In this document: positions 6,276-14,522 of the stretch, one piece after another | How positions within the stretch are numbered: the stretch's first letter is position 1 | Layout of the letters: the number at the start of each line of letters is the position of its first letter | Virus record (IMG/VR): IMGVR_UViG_2531839330_000011 | Direction: 5' to 3' (one strand) | Origin: a virus | Lineage: Duplodnaviria; Heunggongvirae; Uroviricota; Caudoviricetes | Length of the DNA stretch: 35,429 nt | Translations under genes and position numbers: made by a program | Notes under the pieces: generated by a model | The model's database searches: none | Told to the model about the DNA's origin: nothing | The model's input: only the letters and a program-made list of their open reading frames with translations

Positions 6276-9098
6276 ATGACGACAGAGTACATCAGGGACT
6301 GGCAACAACCGCGCCACGCAGTAGGACGTGAAGGAACGGAGATCCCCGCACCTGAATCCGCACTTTCCTCCTGGCTGGATGCCTACCGGGCAGAGAACGA
6401 ACGCCGCCAGGAAATGGCTGATGCGGCGTTCTCCGCCACACCGCTGGGCAACCTGATTAATAAAAGCCTGGACGCACAGGAAAAACAGGACAAAACCATC
6501 ACACTGGCCAGAGAAGCCAGAAAACAGGCACGCGGCGCGGTGGATGAAGCCATGGCCTCGCTGCGCCTGCTGCCATCCTATCTGCGCGATCCGCTTATTC
6601 GCCACCTCTCCTTCCTGCGCAAAAAACAGGAATCTGACCGCCAGAAAGGTAAAAAGAACCAGCAGGCTGAACGCTACGCGCGCGGGACCCTGCGCAAAAT
6701 ATTCGAACGTCTGGACCGCACCGACCACCGCTGGCTGACACCGGGTTATCGCTCCCTTGCCGGACGCGAACGCCTGGATGATTTGCTTTACCTCCCGCAG
6801 CTCAACAAGCACCAGATACAGACGCTGGCCACCATGACGGCGGCGATGTTCAGCAGCACCTTCGAAAAACTCTGCGATGGCTTTGGCGCGACCGATGGCG
6901 AGCTGACCATGGATGTAACGCTGAAGGCGTATCAGATGCTGGCCCGCATGGCGTTACACCTGCACATCATGCCTCCACATTATGACGCACTGACAACAGA
7001 TAAAGACCGGAGGAACGAACCGGACACGGAGCTGCTGCCGGGCGCAATCCTTCGCCTGACCTGTGCGGAATGGTGGAAACGCAAACTGTGGCTGTTACGT
7101 TGCGAGTGGAGAGAAGAACAACTCCGCGCCGCCTGTCTGGTTTCCAGAAAAACATCGCCTTATCTGAGCCAGGACGCGTTAAGCGAGTTTCGCGCACAGC
7201 GCGAGAAAACACGCGATTTCCTGAAAAGTTTCATGCTGGAAAATGAAGACGGGTTCACGATTGATCTCGAGACAGTGTATTACGCGGGAGTAAGTAACCC
7301 GGTTCACCGTAAGGCAGAAATGATGGCCACCATGAAGGGGCTGGAACTTCTGGCCGAAGCCCGTGGCGACAAAGCGGTGTTTCTGACTGTCACCTGCCCG
7401 TCAAAATACCACGCCACAACAGAGAACGGTCATCCGAATCCCAGATGGAACGGGGCCACCATGCGCGACTCCAGCGATTACCTGGTTAACACGTTTTTTG
7501 CGGCGGTCCGCAAAAAACTGAACCGCGACGGTCTTCGCTGGTATGGCATCCGCACGGGGGAGCCTCACCATGACGGCACCGTGCACTGGCATATGATGGT
7601 CTTTGCACATCCGGACGAGATTGAAACCATCGTGTCCCACGTCTGCGATATTGCCATTCAGGAAGACCGCCACGAGCTGGGCGATGACATAACTCCGCGT
7701 TTTAAGGCGGAGTACGTCGACGGCTCAAAAGGCACACCAACCAGCTACATCGCCACCTACATCGGAAAGAACCTGGACAGCCGCGCCGTGGATGGCATCG
7801 ACCCGAAAACGGGCAAGCCACGCGTTGACCACGAAACCGGAAAATTAATGGCCGAGAGCGTGGAACGCGCCATCGGCTGGGCGCGCCTTCACCGGGTCCG
7901 CCAGTTCCAGTTCTTTGGTATCCCCTCCCGTCAGGTGTGGCGTGAACTGCGCCGCCTTGCCAGCCAGATGGCACGCAACCCGGAAGGCCCACAACGGCTG
8001 AAAGATGACGCAATGGACGCGGTACTCGCTGCCGCTGATGCCGGATGTTTTGCCACCTACATTGAAAAACAGGGTGGCGTGCTTGTTCCACGCAAGGACT
8101 ACCTGATTCGCACCGCCTACGACCTCGCAGATGAGCTGAACGATTACGGCGAACAGAGCGTACAGATTTACGGGATCTGGTCACCACTCATCGGGGAATC
8201 CTCCCGTGTGTGCACGCATCCGGATAACTGGAAGCTGGTAAGACGCAAACCGGAAGCGGAAGACAGCGCCCGCGAAAATGGTTTTGACCTTCAGGGCGGC
8301 CCTGCCGCCCCTTGGACTCGTGGCAATAACTGTCCCCGTGTACAGGAAACGAACAACAACGGGACAGAACAGCCGGAAGAACGGCCAGCACCGTGGCCGC
8401 AGCTCCCTGATGGCGTTGAAGTGAACGAATGGATGCGCTCACTGAAACGGCACGAACGCCGGGCGCTGATGCGTTCGCTTCGTGACAAACAGGCAAAAAA
8501 CAGCAGTGATGAAATGCAGAGCTGGACACAGAGCCGCAAACAGCAGCGGCCTTTGCCTGATAACCACGAATTACTCGCTAAAGAATGGCGGGAATCTGCC
8601 GAATCTCTCGGCCTGCATATCGGTGAACAGCAGATGCAGCACCTGTTACGGGGCGGCAGCCTGTACGTTGACGGCAGCATCATTGCACCGCAGGGATTTG
8701 AAATTGTACGCAAACCGGATCCCAGCCCGGACAGCCGAATCACGCAGCTCTGGCAGCGCCTGAGCCGTAATCACGGCGTAAGCAGCACAGAGATCCGCCA
8801 TAACCCGGTCGCCAGCTATCTGGAACAACTGGGGGCATCAGACCCCGAAGCCGCCGCACGTCTGGCATCCACACTTCAGCAGGACCAGAACACCATGAAA
8901 ACCCCCGTTACCGTGCTTTCTGACATGCTGCGCGCCATCCGTGACGCAGAGCACGCACAGAGAATCAGTGAAACCACTGAACGCGCCCACCGCAAAGCAG
9001 ACCTGCTGCGGGGTAGCCTGACCAATGGAAACAAAAAACAGACAGAAACGGGACTCACAAATCCCGTAAATGAGCAAAAAACGCGCCGCGATATATGA
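6276..9098 (+). CDS. A: Rolling-circle replication initiator endonuclease (P2 gpA family), 940 aa
   Basis: HUH motif (GTVHWHMMVF) followed by a paired-tyrosine motif (TSYIATYIGKN), typical of P2 A / phiX174 A superfamily relaxases. Synteny after the early operon. Longer than P2 gpA as I recall it. Confidence 0.88.
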   Translation: MTTEYIRDWQQPRHAVGREGTEIPAPESALSSWLDAYRAENERRQEMADAAFSATPLGNLINKSLDAQEKQDKTITLAREARKQARGAVDEAMASLRLLPSYLRDPLIRHLSFLRKKQESDRQKGKKNQQAERYARGTLRKIFERLDRTDHRWLTPGYRSLAGRERLDDLLYLPQLNKHQIQTLATMTAAMFSSTFEKLCDGFGATDGELTMDVTLKAYQMLARMALHLHIMPPHYDALTTDKDRRNEPDTELLPGAILRLTCAEWWKRKLWLLRCEWREEQLRAACLVSRKTSPYLSQDALSEFRAQREKTRDFLKSFMLENEDGFTIDLETVYYAGVSNPVHRKAEMMATMKGLELLAEARGDKAVFLTVTCPSKYHATTENGHPNPRWNGATMRDSSDYLVNTFFAAVRKKLNRDGLRWYGIRTGEPHHDGTVHWHMMVFAHPDEIETIVSHVCDIAIQEDRHELGDDITPRFKAEYVDGSKGTPTSYIATYIGKNLDSRAVDGIDPKTGKPRVDHETGKLMAESVERAIGWARLHRVRQFQFFGIPSRQVWRELRRLASQMARNPEGPQRLKDDAMDAVLAAADAGCFATYIEKQGGVLVPRKDYLIRTAYDLADELNDYGEQSVQIYGIWSPLIGESSRVCTHPDNWKLVRRKPEAEDSARENGFDLQGGPAAPWTRGNNCPRVQETNNNGTEQPEERPAPWPQLPDGVEVNEWMRSLKRHERRALMRSLRDKQAKNSSDEMQSWTQSRKQQRPLPDNHELLAKEWRESAESLGLHIGEQQMQHLLRGGSLYVDGSIIAPQGFEIVRKPDPSPDSRITQLWQRLSRNHGVSSTEIRHNPVASYLEQLGASDPEAAARLASTLQQDQNTMKTPVTVLSDMLRAIRDAEHAQRISETTERAHRKADLLRGSLTNGNKKQTETGLTNPVNEQKTRRDI

Positions 9099-9140
9099 AG
9101 CGCGCACAAAACAGGCAAAAGCGGGATTTAAAAATCCTGT
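9049..9140 (+). repeat. Two copies of a roughly 20-bp hairpin-containing motif (ACGGGACTCACAAATCCCGT at 9049..9068; GCGGGATTTAAAAATCCTGT at 9121..9140) spanning the A stop and the parM-like upstream region
   Basis: Read directly from the sequence. Each copy has an internal inverted repeat. Spacing is 72 bp. Confidence 0.4.
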
Positions 9141-9174
9141 AACCGATTAATTAATCAACATAAGGAAAAGCTAC

Positions 9175-10134
9175 ATGAAAATTTGTATCGACGACGGCTC
9201 CACCAACATCAAGCTGGCATGGACTGAGAACGGCGAACGCCGCAACGCCATCAGCCCGAACAGCTTCAAGTCGGAATGGTCTGCGCCGTTCGGTGGCACG
9301 CAGCCCGCGAACTACATGCTTGATGGCGTGCGCTATGGTTTTGATCCGGTCAGCGATCGCTTTGTCCAGACGACCGACACGCAATACCAGTACAGCGATG
9401 TGAATGTAATCGCCATTCACCACGCGCTGGTCAAATCAGGCATCACACCACAGGAAGTGGATGTGGTTGTCACCCTGCCACTGAGCGAATATTTCGACAC
9501 AAACGCACAGCCGGACATGGCCAACATCAACCGCAAAAAAGCGAACGTCATGCGCCCGGTGGAGTACCAGAACGGCGAAGCATTCACTATCCGTAACGTA
9601 CGGGTTATGCCTGAATCCATTCCGGCTGGCTTTAAGGCACTGGCTGACATGAGTCCGTTTGAATCCCTGCTGATTGTGGATTTGGGCGGAACCACGCTGG
9701 ATGTGGCAAAGGTTCAGGGGCAACTGGCAGGTATCAGCCAGGTGTTTTGCGATCCACACGTAGGCGTTTCTCTTATGGCAGATGCCGTACTGTCGGTGAT
9801 GGCCACTAACGGTATGCGCACCAGTCACCACATCGCCAATACCATTATCGAACATCGCCATAATGAAGCATGGCTGCGCCAGCACATCCACAATGACGCG
9901 CATTACGCCAGCCTGATGGCGGTTATTCGTGAAAAGGAAGAAACACTGAAACAACGCGTGATCCGCGCGCTGGCGGTTTTTTCGGGTTACGGGCGGGTGA
10001 TGGTTGTCGGTGGCGGGGCGGAGATTGTGGCACCCGCTATCCGCGAAGCCTGCGGAGTTAATGCGACTTTCATCGCGGACGGGGTGCCACAGTTTGCTCT
10101 GGTTAATGGGCTGTACGCAATGGACAAGGAGTAA
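9175..10134 (+). CDS. parM: ParM/StbA-like actin-type ATPase (type II plasmid partition motor homologue), 319 aa
   Basis: Extensive collinear similarity to plasmid R1 ParM as recalled: IDDGSTNIKL, ISPNSFK, QYSDVNV-A-HHAL, NINRKKAN, VMPESIPAG, DLGGTTLD, GGGAE, LVNG. AAGGA RBS before the ATG at 9175. Confidence 0.85.
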   Translation: MKICIDDGSTNIKLAWTENGERRNAISPNSFKSEWSAPFGGTQPANYMLDGVRYGFDPVSDRFVQTTDTQYQYSDVNVIAIHHALVKSGITPQEVDVVVTLPLSEYFDTNAQPDMANINRKKANVMRPVEYQNGEAFTIRNVRVMPESIPAGFKALADMSPFESLLIVDLGGTTLDVAKVQGQLAGISQVFCDPHVGVSLMADAVLSVMATNGMRTSHHIANTIIEHRHNEAWLRQHIHNDAHYASLMAVIREKEETLKQRVIRALAVFSGYGRVMVVGGGAEIVAPAIREACGVNATFIADGVPQFALVNGLYAMDKE

Positions 10135-10138
10135 ACCA

Positions 10139-10450
10139 ATGACGACACCAACCAGACGGATAAGTTTCTATCTGAAGCCCGCCGCCGTCAAGAACGAAGG
10201 AGAAGCATGCGCCTGGCTGGACAGCCTTACACCAGAAGCCCGCAAAAGCGGCCAACGCGTGGCTTTTCTGGCCGGGCTGGCACTTCTGAAGACGAATCCG
10301 GCAGAGGCTTACCGACTGGCCGCATGGGCTGATGATGAGATGTTACCTGTGACACAAATCAGCTCAAAAAAGTTTGAAGCACAGTCTGCACCAGTGGCTA
10401 AGATAACCAGCCAGATGGCTGGGAATATCCGGGCGTTATTTCCTGAGTAA
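10139..10450 (+). CDS. parR: ParR-like small DNA-binding adaptor (candidate partition centromere-binding protein), 103 aa
   Basis: ATG at 10139 is 4 nt after the parM-like stop, with AGGAG RBS. N-terminal region (RRISFYLKPAAV...RVAFLAGLALLK) resembles the R1 ParR N-terminus. Gene order parM then parR matches R1. Longer ORF 10004..10450 trimmed to the internal start. Confidence 0.6.
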   Translation: MTTPTRRISFYLKPAAVKNEGEACAWLDSLTPEARKSGQRVAFLAGLALLKTNPAEAYRLAAWADDEMLPVTQISSKKFEAQSAPVAKITSQMAGNIRALFPE

Positions 10451-10578
10451 AAGCATCTGCGCGAAAAATGCTCACGTTTATAGAGACAGTATCATTCCAT
10501 CTGGCACACTTACTTCAATAATCGATCTGTTAAACAAATAGATTGTCTATTATCTATCGATTAAAACGATCAATTATC

Positions 10579-10606
10579 TTGACAGTAATGTGCCTTTTTG
10601 TAAGAT
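10579..10606 (+). promoter_or_regulatory. Candidate sigma70 promoter (TTGACA-16 nt-TAAGAT) with a GATC overlapping the -10 hexamer; two further GATC sites and an ATAGA-TTG-TCTAT palindrome (10538..10550) just upstream
   Basis: Read directly: TTGACA at 10579..10584, TAAGAT at 10601..10606, GATC at 10524, 10568 and 10604. Confidence 0.4.
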
Positions 10607-10657
10607 CGTTCGCATTGTGAGCGACAAGATAATTGCGCGGCATTGTCCATGCAAAAC

Positions 10658-10800
10658 GCCCCAATAGCAGCAACTATTGGGGCGTAAAACTCGGTCGGAC
10701 TCACTTAACCTGATATGCGTGCCTTCCGAAGTAAATCAAAATGTGCGTCGTATATTTTATTGCTTACACGCACCTCTGTAAAGGCACGCATATTTTTCCT
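10658..10800 (+). other. Structured leader upstream of the 89-aa ORF: hairpin CCCCAATAG/CTATTGGGG (10659..10682) and a 13-bp perfect inverted repeat ATATGCGTGCCTT (10713..10725) / AAGGCACGCATAT (10781..10793) enclosing a nested GTGCGT/ACGCAC hairpin, followed by ATTTTTCC
   Basis: Read directly from the sequence. The second arm ends immediately before the RBS of the downstream ORF, giving an attenuator-like layout. A 22-codon ORF (ATG 10741, MCVVYFIAYTHLCKGTHIFPMR) lies inside the structure. Confidence 0.35.
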
Positions 10801-10814
10801 ATGAGGTAAATAAA

Positions 10815-11084
10815 GTGCGGGCTAAAACAGGTATTTGCAAGAACCCTCATCGTTATAATCCAACATTTCTGTCTCTCCCTGAATATCAAGGACAAGAAGG
10901 TCGGCACAAATGCGCTGCCTGTGCTTTTGAGCTAGGCATAAAAGATGCGCTTGAAGGACGCGCTATGGCTCAGAATGATTTAGTTTTAGCTAACATTCCG
11001 TTTAGCCAGGCTGGAACTGTAAGGCACAGAGATGCCTATGAAGCATATGTTCGTGGTTGGCGATTAATAAACAGCAACAATTGA
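10815..11084 (+). CDS. Hypothetical 89-aa Cys/His-containing protein, stand-alone transcription unit in the A-to-Q accessory locus
   Basis: GTG start at 10815 with GAGG RBS. Own candidate promoter upstream and a strong intrinsic terminator directly downstream. Spaced Cys/His residues (C8, H12, H31, C33, C36, C37) hint at a small metal-binding fold. No family recognised. Confidence 0.55.
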   Translation: MRAKTGICKNPHRYNPTFLSLPEYQGQEGRHKCAACAFELGIKDALEGRAMAQNDLVLANIPFSQAGTVRHRDAYEAYVRGWRLINSNN

Positions 11085-11093
11085 TACTTTTGA

Positions 11094-11117
11094 AGCGCCG
11101 ATAAGGCGCTTTTTTTG
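11094..11117 (+). terminator. Rho-independent terminator (GCGCC-GATAA-GGCGC followed by T7)
   Basis: GC-rich hairpin plus T-run, 10 nt after the stop of the 89-aa ORF. Confidence 0.8.
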
Positions 11118-11119
11118 TT

Positions 11120-11520
11120 TGCACGATAGTGCACAAGTTTGCACAATTTTTTTGAACGACTTTTTGTACTTCCGGCCCGCGTGGTGGCTGGATCCGTCAA
11201 GGATCCGTACGTGCACAAAAAAACGCGTTTTTTCTGCGCGCAGGTGACGGGGGAACAGCCCGCGTTTCAGGGGGTAAATAGCATTCCCTGAACGATGTCG
11301 CAGAGATAGAACAGAATGGCTGTATTTCTCACGCTGAGCGTGAAAAAGACGTGAGGGCTTTTGATTTGATGGGGTGAAAGGTAAGGCCGTCAAAATCGCA
11401 CTGAGACGGCGAGAACATGCAGTCAACGCGGTGGGATTGCGTAAGAGTCTGACTGTCGATGATGGCAATCAGCAGGAAAGCGTCGTGAAATTATCTGACT
11501 GATACAGGAGCTGGAGAGTC
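11120..11520. other. Non-coding interval between the accessory locus and Q; by P2 synteny the expected location of cos and the packaging site
   Basis: About 400 bp without a convincing ORF. Contains repeated GTGCACAA motifs and GGATCC-N5-GGATCC. The P2 cos sequence was not matched with confidence. Confidence 0.3.
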
Positions 11521-11543
11521 GGGGCATAAATTTTTTATGCCCC
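11521..11543. terminator. Perfect palindrome GGGGCATAAA-TTT-TTTATGCCCC downstream of Q; candidate terminator or packaging-region hairpin
   Basis: 10-bp perfect arms read directly. Lies 28 bp beyond the Q stop. No clean U-tract on either strand, so the terminator role is uncertain. Confidence 0.4.
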
Positions 11544-11570
11544 GGCGAAGCAGCAGACAAGCGAAGCGCG

Positions 11571-12617
11571 TCAGGATGTGGGCTGGGTGTCTAACAGTGC
11601 GTAAGGGTTAAAGCGGATCACCTCTTCGCCAAGCCAGTCATTGATGTGCTTCATGGCCTCCATGACGGGCATCAGCTCGTTAATTGCGTAAACCCGCGCG
11701 GCCTTCTCCACATCACCAAACGCACTTTTTTCGCCCGGCATCGCCCCCATCAGTTGCGGCGGAACGCGGTGCGCAGCCAGCACATCATCACGGGATGCCG
11801 CCTTAACATTCATGAACTCATCCTTTGCGGTGATCTGCTGGAACGGCAAAATTTGCACCCCTTCTTTGCCCCCGTTGGGCGCATGAATGAGCACGTTTTT
11901 AAATGCACCACCACCACGCGCACCCTGTAACGTTTCTTTCAGGGAGTCCATGCTTTCGCGGTTTACCTGCGCTGCACCGATGTAGATGATGCACCCGGCG
12001 TGGGATCCGTTGTCGTAGTACAGTTTTCTGAACATGTCCGCCGAATGAGAAAGGCTGGCCGAGAGTAATGCGCCAAGATATTCCGGCATGCCGTAGATTT
12101 CCTGGTTAATATCCGGATTCATCAGGTGGCACACTTTGCCAGGGCGAAACTGGAACGCGTCCTTGCCATCCTGCACATACCACCATGATTCAAGATCGCT
12201 TCCGCGTCGCATGTATTTCGCCAGGGCGTGCCGTAATTTAAGCGGTTCGCCGAGCATATTGCTCCGAAGCTCAAGGAATGCGTTACCGAACACAAACCAG
12301 TCCAGCGCCAGCGCCGAGAAATCCTGCCGGGAAAGCAGCGGGTGCGGGATGTAGCACCCGAGCAATACATTACGCTTAAAGTAAAGCGCAGACTGATGCC
12401 AGGACGTTTGCCGGGCGGCTCTTGCCAGACCGTACCAGTCCACCGGGGTTTCATACCACCGCCCGTTATCAGCACAGTACATATTGTCCAGCAGGTCATG
12501 CCCGGTCAGGCGATAAGGACCATCAAATGTGAATGCACTGAGCGATGATTCTTTCCTGAGCGCATCAGCGAGATCAATGCGTGAACTCATGCGCACTTTT
12601 TTATTTTTTCTGCTCAT
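11571..12617 (-). CDS. Q: Portal protein (P2 gpQ-like), 348 aa
   Basis: Size and position match P2 Q (leftward Q-P operon). Start ATG overlaps the P stop (ATGA). Confidence 0.88.
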   Translation of the reverse strand: MSRKNKKVRMSSRIDLADALRKESSLSAFTFDGPYRLTGHDLLDNMYCADNGRWYETPVDWYGLARAARQTSWHQSALYFKRNVLLGCYIPHPLLSRQDFSALALDWFVFGNAFLELRSNMLGEPLKLRHALAKYMRRGSDLESWWYVQDGKDAFQFRPGKVCHLMNPDINQEIYGMPEYLGALLSASLSHSADMFRKLYYDNGSHAGCIIYIGAAQVNRESMDSLKETLQGARGGGAFKNVLIHAPNGGKEGVQILPFQQITAKDEFMNVKAASRDDVLAAHRVPPQLMGAMPGEKSAFGDVEKAARVYAINELMPVMEAMKHINDWLGEEVIRFNPYALLDTQPTS

Positions 12618-14368
12618 CAGAACTCCATAACCGTAAAACGCTCGTTTTCCCCTTCGCCGCCAATCGGTTCGTTAATGACAGCAAGCATGGTTGCCCACGC
12701 AAGGTCGCCGTGGCTGATCCCCCTCGCACGGTCCGTTTCGTAAGTGATAAAGCCGCCCGGTGTTTTCACCTTACGCACGGCGTTAAAGGCTGCGACCAGC
12801 TCGCGTTCGGCGCGATCATATTCCCACCGCCCGGCACGCATTATTTGCAGCATTTTCAGTACCAGCGACCGTTTTGATGACAGCGTGAAGGTGTACGGAA
12901 TAGCAGCAGGGAAAAACCGTTTCACTATCTGATAAACAGCCTCCCCGTTCCCGCCCGTCACATCAATGCCGATGTGTTCCACGTTGTAGCGACACGTGAA
13001 CTCTTCAATGACTCTGGCCTGTTCTTCAAACTCCAGCCCCTGAACGCGTCGCGTCTCCACCGTTCGAAAACGGCCTCCAGGAACAGCCGGAGGAACCACC
13101 ACGGACACAGCGCCGCTGTCGCCGTTTCCACTGCTGCCGTTTGCGTCATACCCAATCCATACCGGACGATTCCCCATCGGGCGGGGAGCAAAAGGTTTCC
13201 AGTCTTTCCAGTCGTCGTATCCGTCAACACCGCAGCCAATCAGGATATTCAGGTTAAATGCCGATTCCCCTTCGCGGACAAACTCACACATATAGAGATT
13301 GCGGAACTCGTCTTCGGTGTTTTCATCACGAATTTCGTCAATATCGGTGTGTTTCCAGCCGTGATTAACCACATCTTCCAGCGTGACAATTTGCCGCCAC
13401 GTCCGGTCAGGGCAGATAAGCCCGTTATGCAGCGTTTTCCAGTCCACAGAAAAACGCTGGCGTTTATGCGTGGCCTTTTTCTCGTTCCAGCGGTCGCCAT
13501 TCCAGTAGGCGTATGCCTCGTGCGTTTCGGTGGATGGCGTGGAGAAGTAGGTGCGCCGCAGTCCGCTGAGGGTTGCCATAGCGCCAGCCACCTTGCGCAG
13601 TTCAGCAAAGCGACTGACCCAGAAAAATTCATCAAAATAAAAATTGCCCGTGTAGGACTGTGCCGTCGCAGCAGAAGTACCAAGAAAATGCAGCTCTGCG
13701 CCGTTGGAGAGGATGATTTTATCGCCCCCTTTCAGCTCCACATCAACTTCAGCCGCAGCCTTCTGAATAATGCTTTTAAACTGGAACGCCTGACGACGCG
13801 ACGCAGACAAAAAAATCTGGTTACGCTGGTAAGGTTGTGCCACATCGTCACGCAGCGCCATCAGCAGTGCTTCCTGTGCAAAATACCAGGTCGCCCCAAT
13901 CTGTCGGGATTTCAGGATCATCCTGTTACGTATCCCGGCTTCCCTGCAAAGGGTCAGGGAGTCAAACCAGCCCCGCTGATGCCACTCCAGCCTGCTGATG
14001 ATTTTTTCCCGCAGTGCGGCAATCTGTTCCGGCGTGAAATGATTTTTGAGTTTTTTCGCCCGGCCTTTCTTTCCTGCGGCCATCACATCCGGCTGGCCAT
14101 CATGCAGCTTTTTAAGCTGCCGGGTCAGCAGGTCTATTTCCTTGAAGTCACCACCTGTTTTATTCTGTTTTTCAGTAAGCTGGATGAGGCGCGCATCGAT
14201 GGACTGCGTGACACGCTGCACGGGTGGCGTTTCATCCCACTGGTCGCGTTTTTTCCACGCATAAATCGTGTTCGGGTTTATTCCCATCAGACGTGATATT
14301 TCTGCGGGCGGATACCCCTGCCAGTAAAGTTGCCGCGCACGCTGGCGCACAAAAGCGTCCTGAATCAT
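12617..14368 (-). CDS. P: Terminase large subunit, ATPase (P2 gpP-like), 583 aa
   Basis: Size and position match P2 P, divergent from O. A Walker A-like motif is not explicitly resolved; the call rests on synteny and length. Confidence 0.85.
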   Translation of the reverse strand: MIQDAFVRQRARQLYWQGYPPAEISRLMGINPNTIYAWKKRDQWDETPPVQRVTQSIDARLIQLTEKQNKTGGDFKEIDLLTRQLKKLHDGQPDVMAAGKKGRAKKLKNHFTPEQIAALREKIISRLEWHQRGWFDSLTLCREAGIRNRMILKSRQIGATWYFAQEALLMALRDDVAQPYQRNQIFLSASRRQAFQFKSIIQKAAAEVDVELKGGDKIILSNGAELHFLGTSAATAQSYTGNFYFDEFFWVSRFAELRKVAGAMATLSGLRRTYFSTPSTETHEAYAYWNGDRWNEKKATHKRQRFSVDWKTLHNGLICPDRTWRQIVTLEDVVNHGWKHTDIDEIRDENTEDEFRNLYMCEFVREGESAFNLNILIGCGVDGYDDWKDWKPFAPRPMGNRPVWIGYDANGSSGNGDSGAVSVVVPPAVPGGRFRTVETRRVQGLEFEEQARVIEEFTCRYNVEHIGIDVTGGNGEAVYQIVKRFFPAAIPYTFTLSSKRSLVLKMLQIMRAGRWEYDRAERELVAAFNAVRKVKTPGGFITYETDRARGISHGDLAWATMLAVINEPIGGEGENERFTVMEF

Positions 14369-14522
14369 TGCTCCCCCTGAGTAATTACAGGAAGATTACC
14401 CGCGCGCGAAACCGTTCTCCTTAACCCCCTGTTCTGACTGTTTTCTTACAACAAAAGCCCTTTGTATCAGCCTGTTACGCTTTGCCATCATGACTGAAGA
14501 ACCAGTCAGAGGGGCAAAAACT

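Noticed and set aside
5739-6812. 357-aa minus-strand ORF overlapping the end of the early operon and the start of gene A
   Set aside because: It runs antisense to well-supported plus-strand genes (A and the upstream ORFs), has low-complexity Arg/Ala/Gly-rich composition typical of antisense frames in GC-rich coding DNA, and has no RBS context.
7401-8763. Several 90-160 aa minus- and plus-strand ORFs inside gene A (for example 7702..8187, 8291..8743, 8482..8763)
   Set aside because: All are embedded in or antisense to the long A reading frame. They are Arg/Cys/Ser-rich frame artefacts.
10451-10815. LexA box / SOS-inducible antirepressor (186 Tum-like) upstream of the 89-aa ORF
   Set aside because: Position after A resembles the 186 tum locus, but I found no CTGT-N8-ACAG LexA operator in the candidate promoter region and the protein shows no recognisable similarity to Tum.
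11064-11468. 134-aa minus-strand ORF in the putative cos region
   Set aside because: No RBS. It crosses the strong plus-strand terminator. Composition is non-protein-like. The region is more plausibly non-coding packaging DNA.
12974-14296. 440-aa plus-strand ORF inside the terminase P gene
   Set aside because: Antisense to the P coding sequence, which has clear synteny and size support. Composition is non-protein-like.
14369-14522. Ogr-type late promoter dyad in the P/O divergent interval
   Set aside because: Only partial matches (TGT-N9-ACA) seen by eye, so not annotated.
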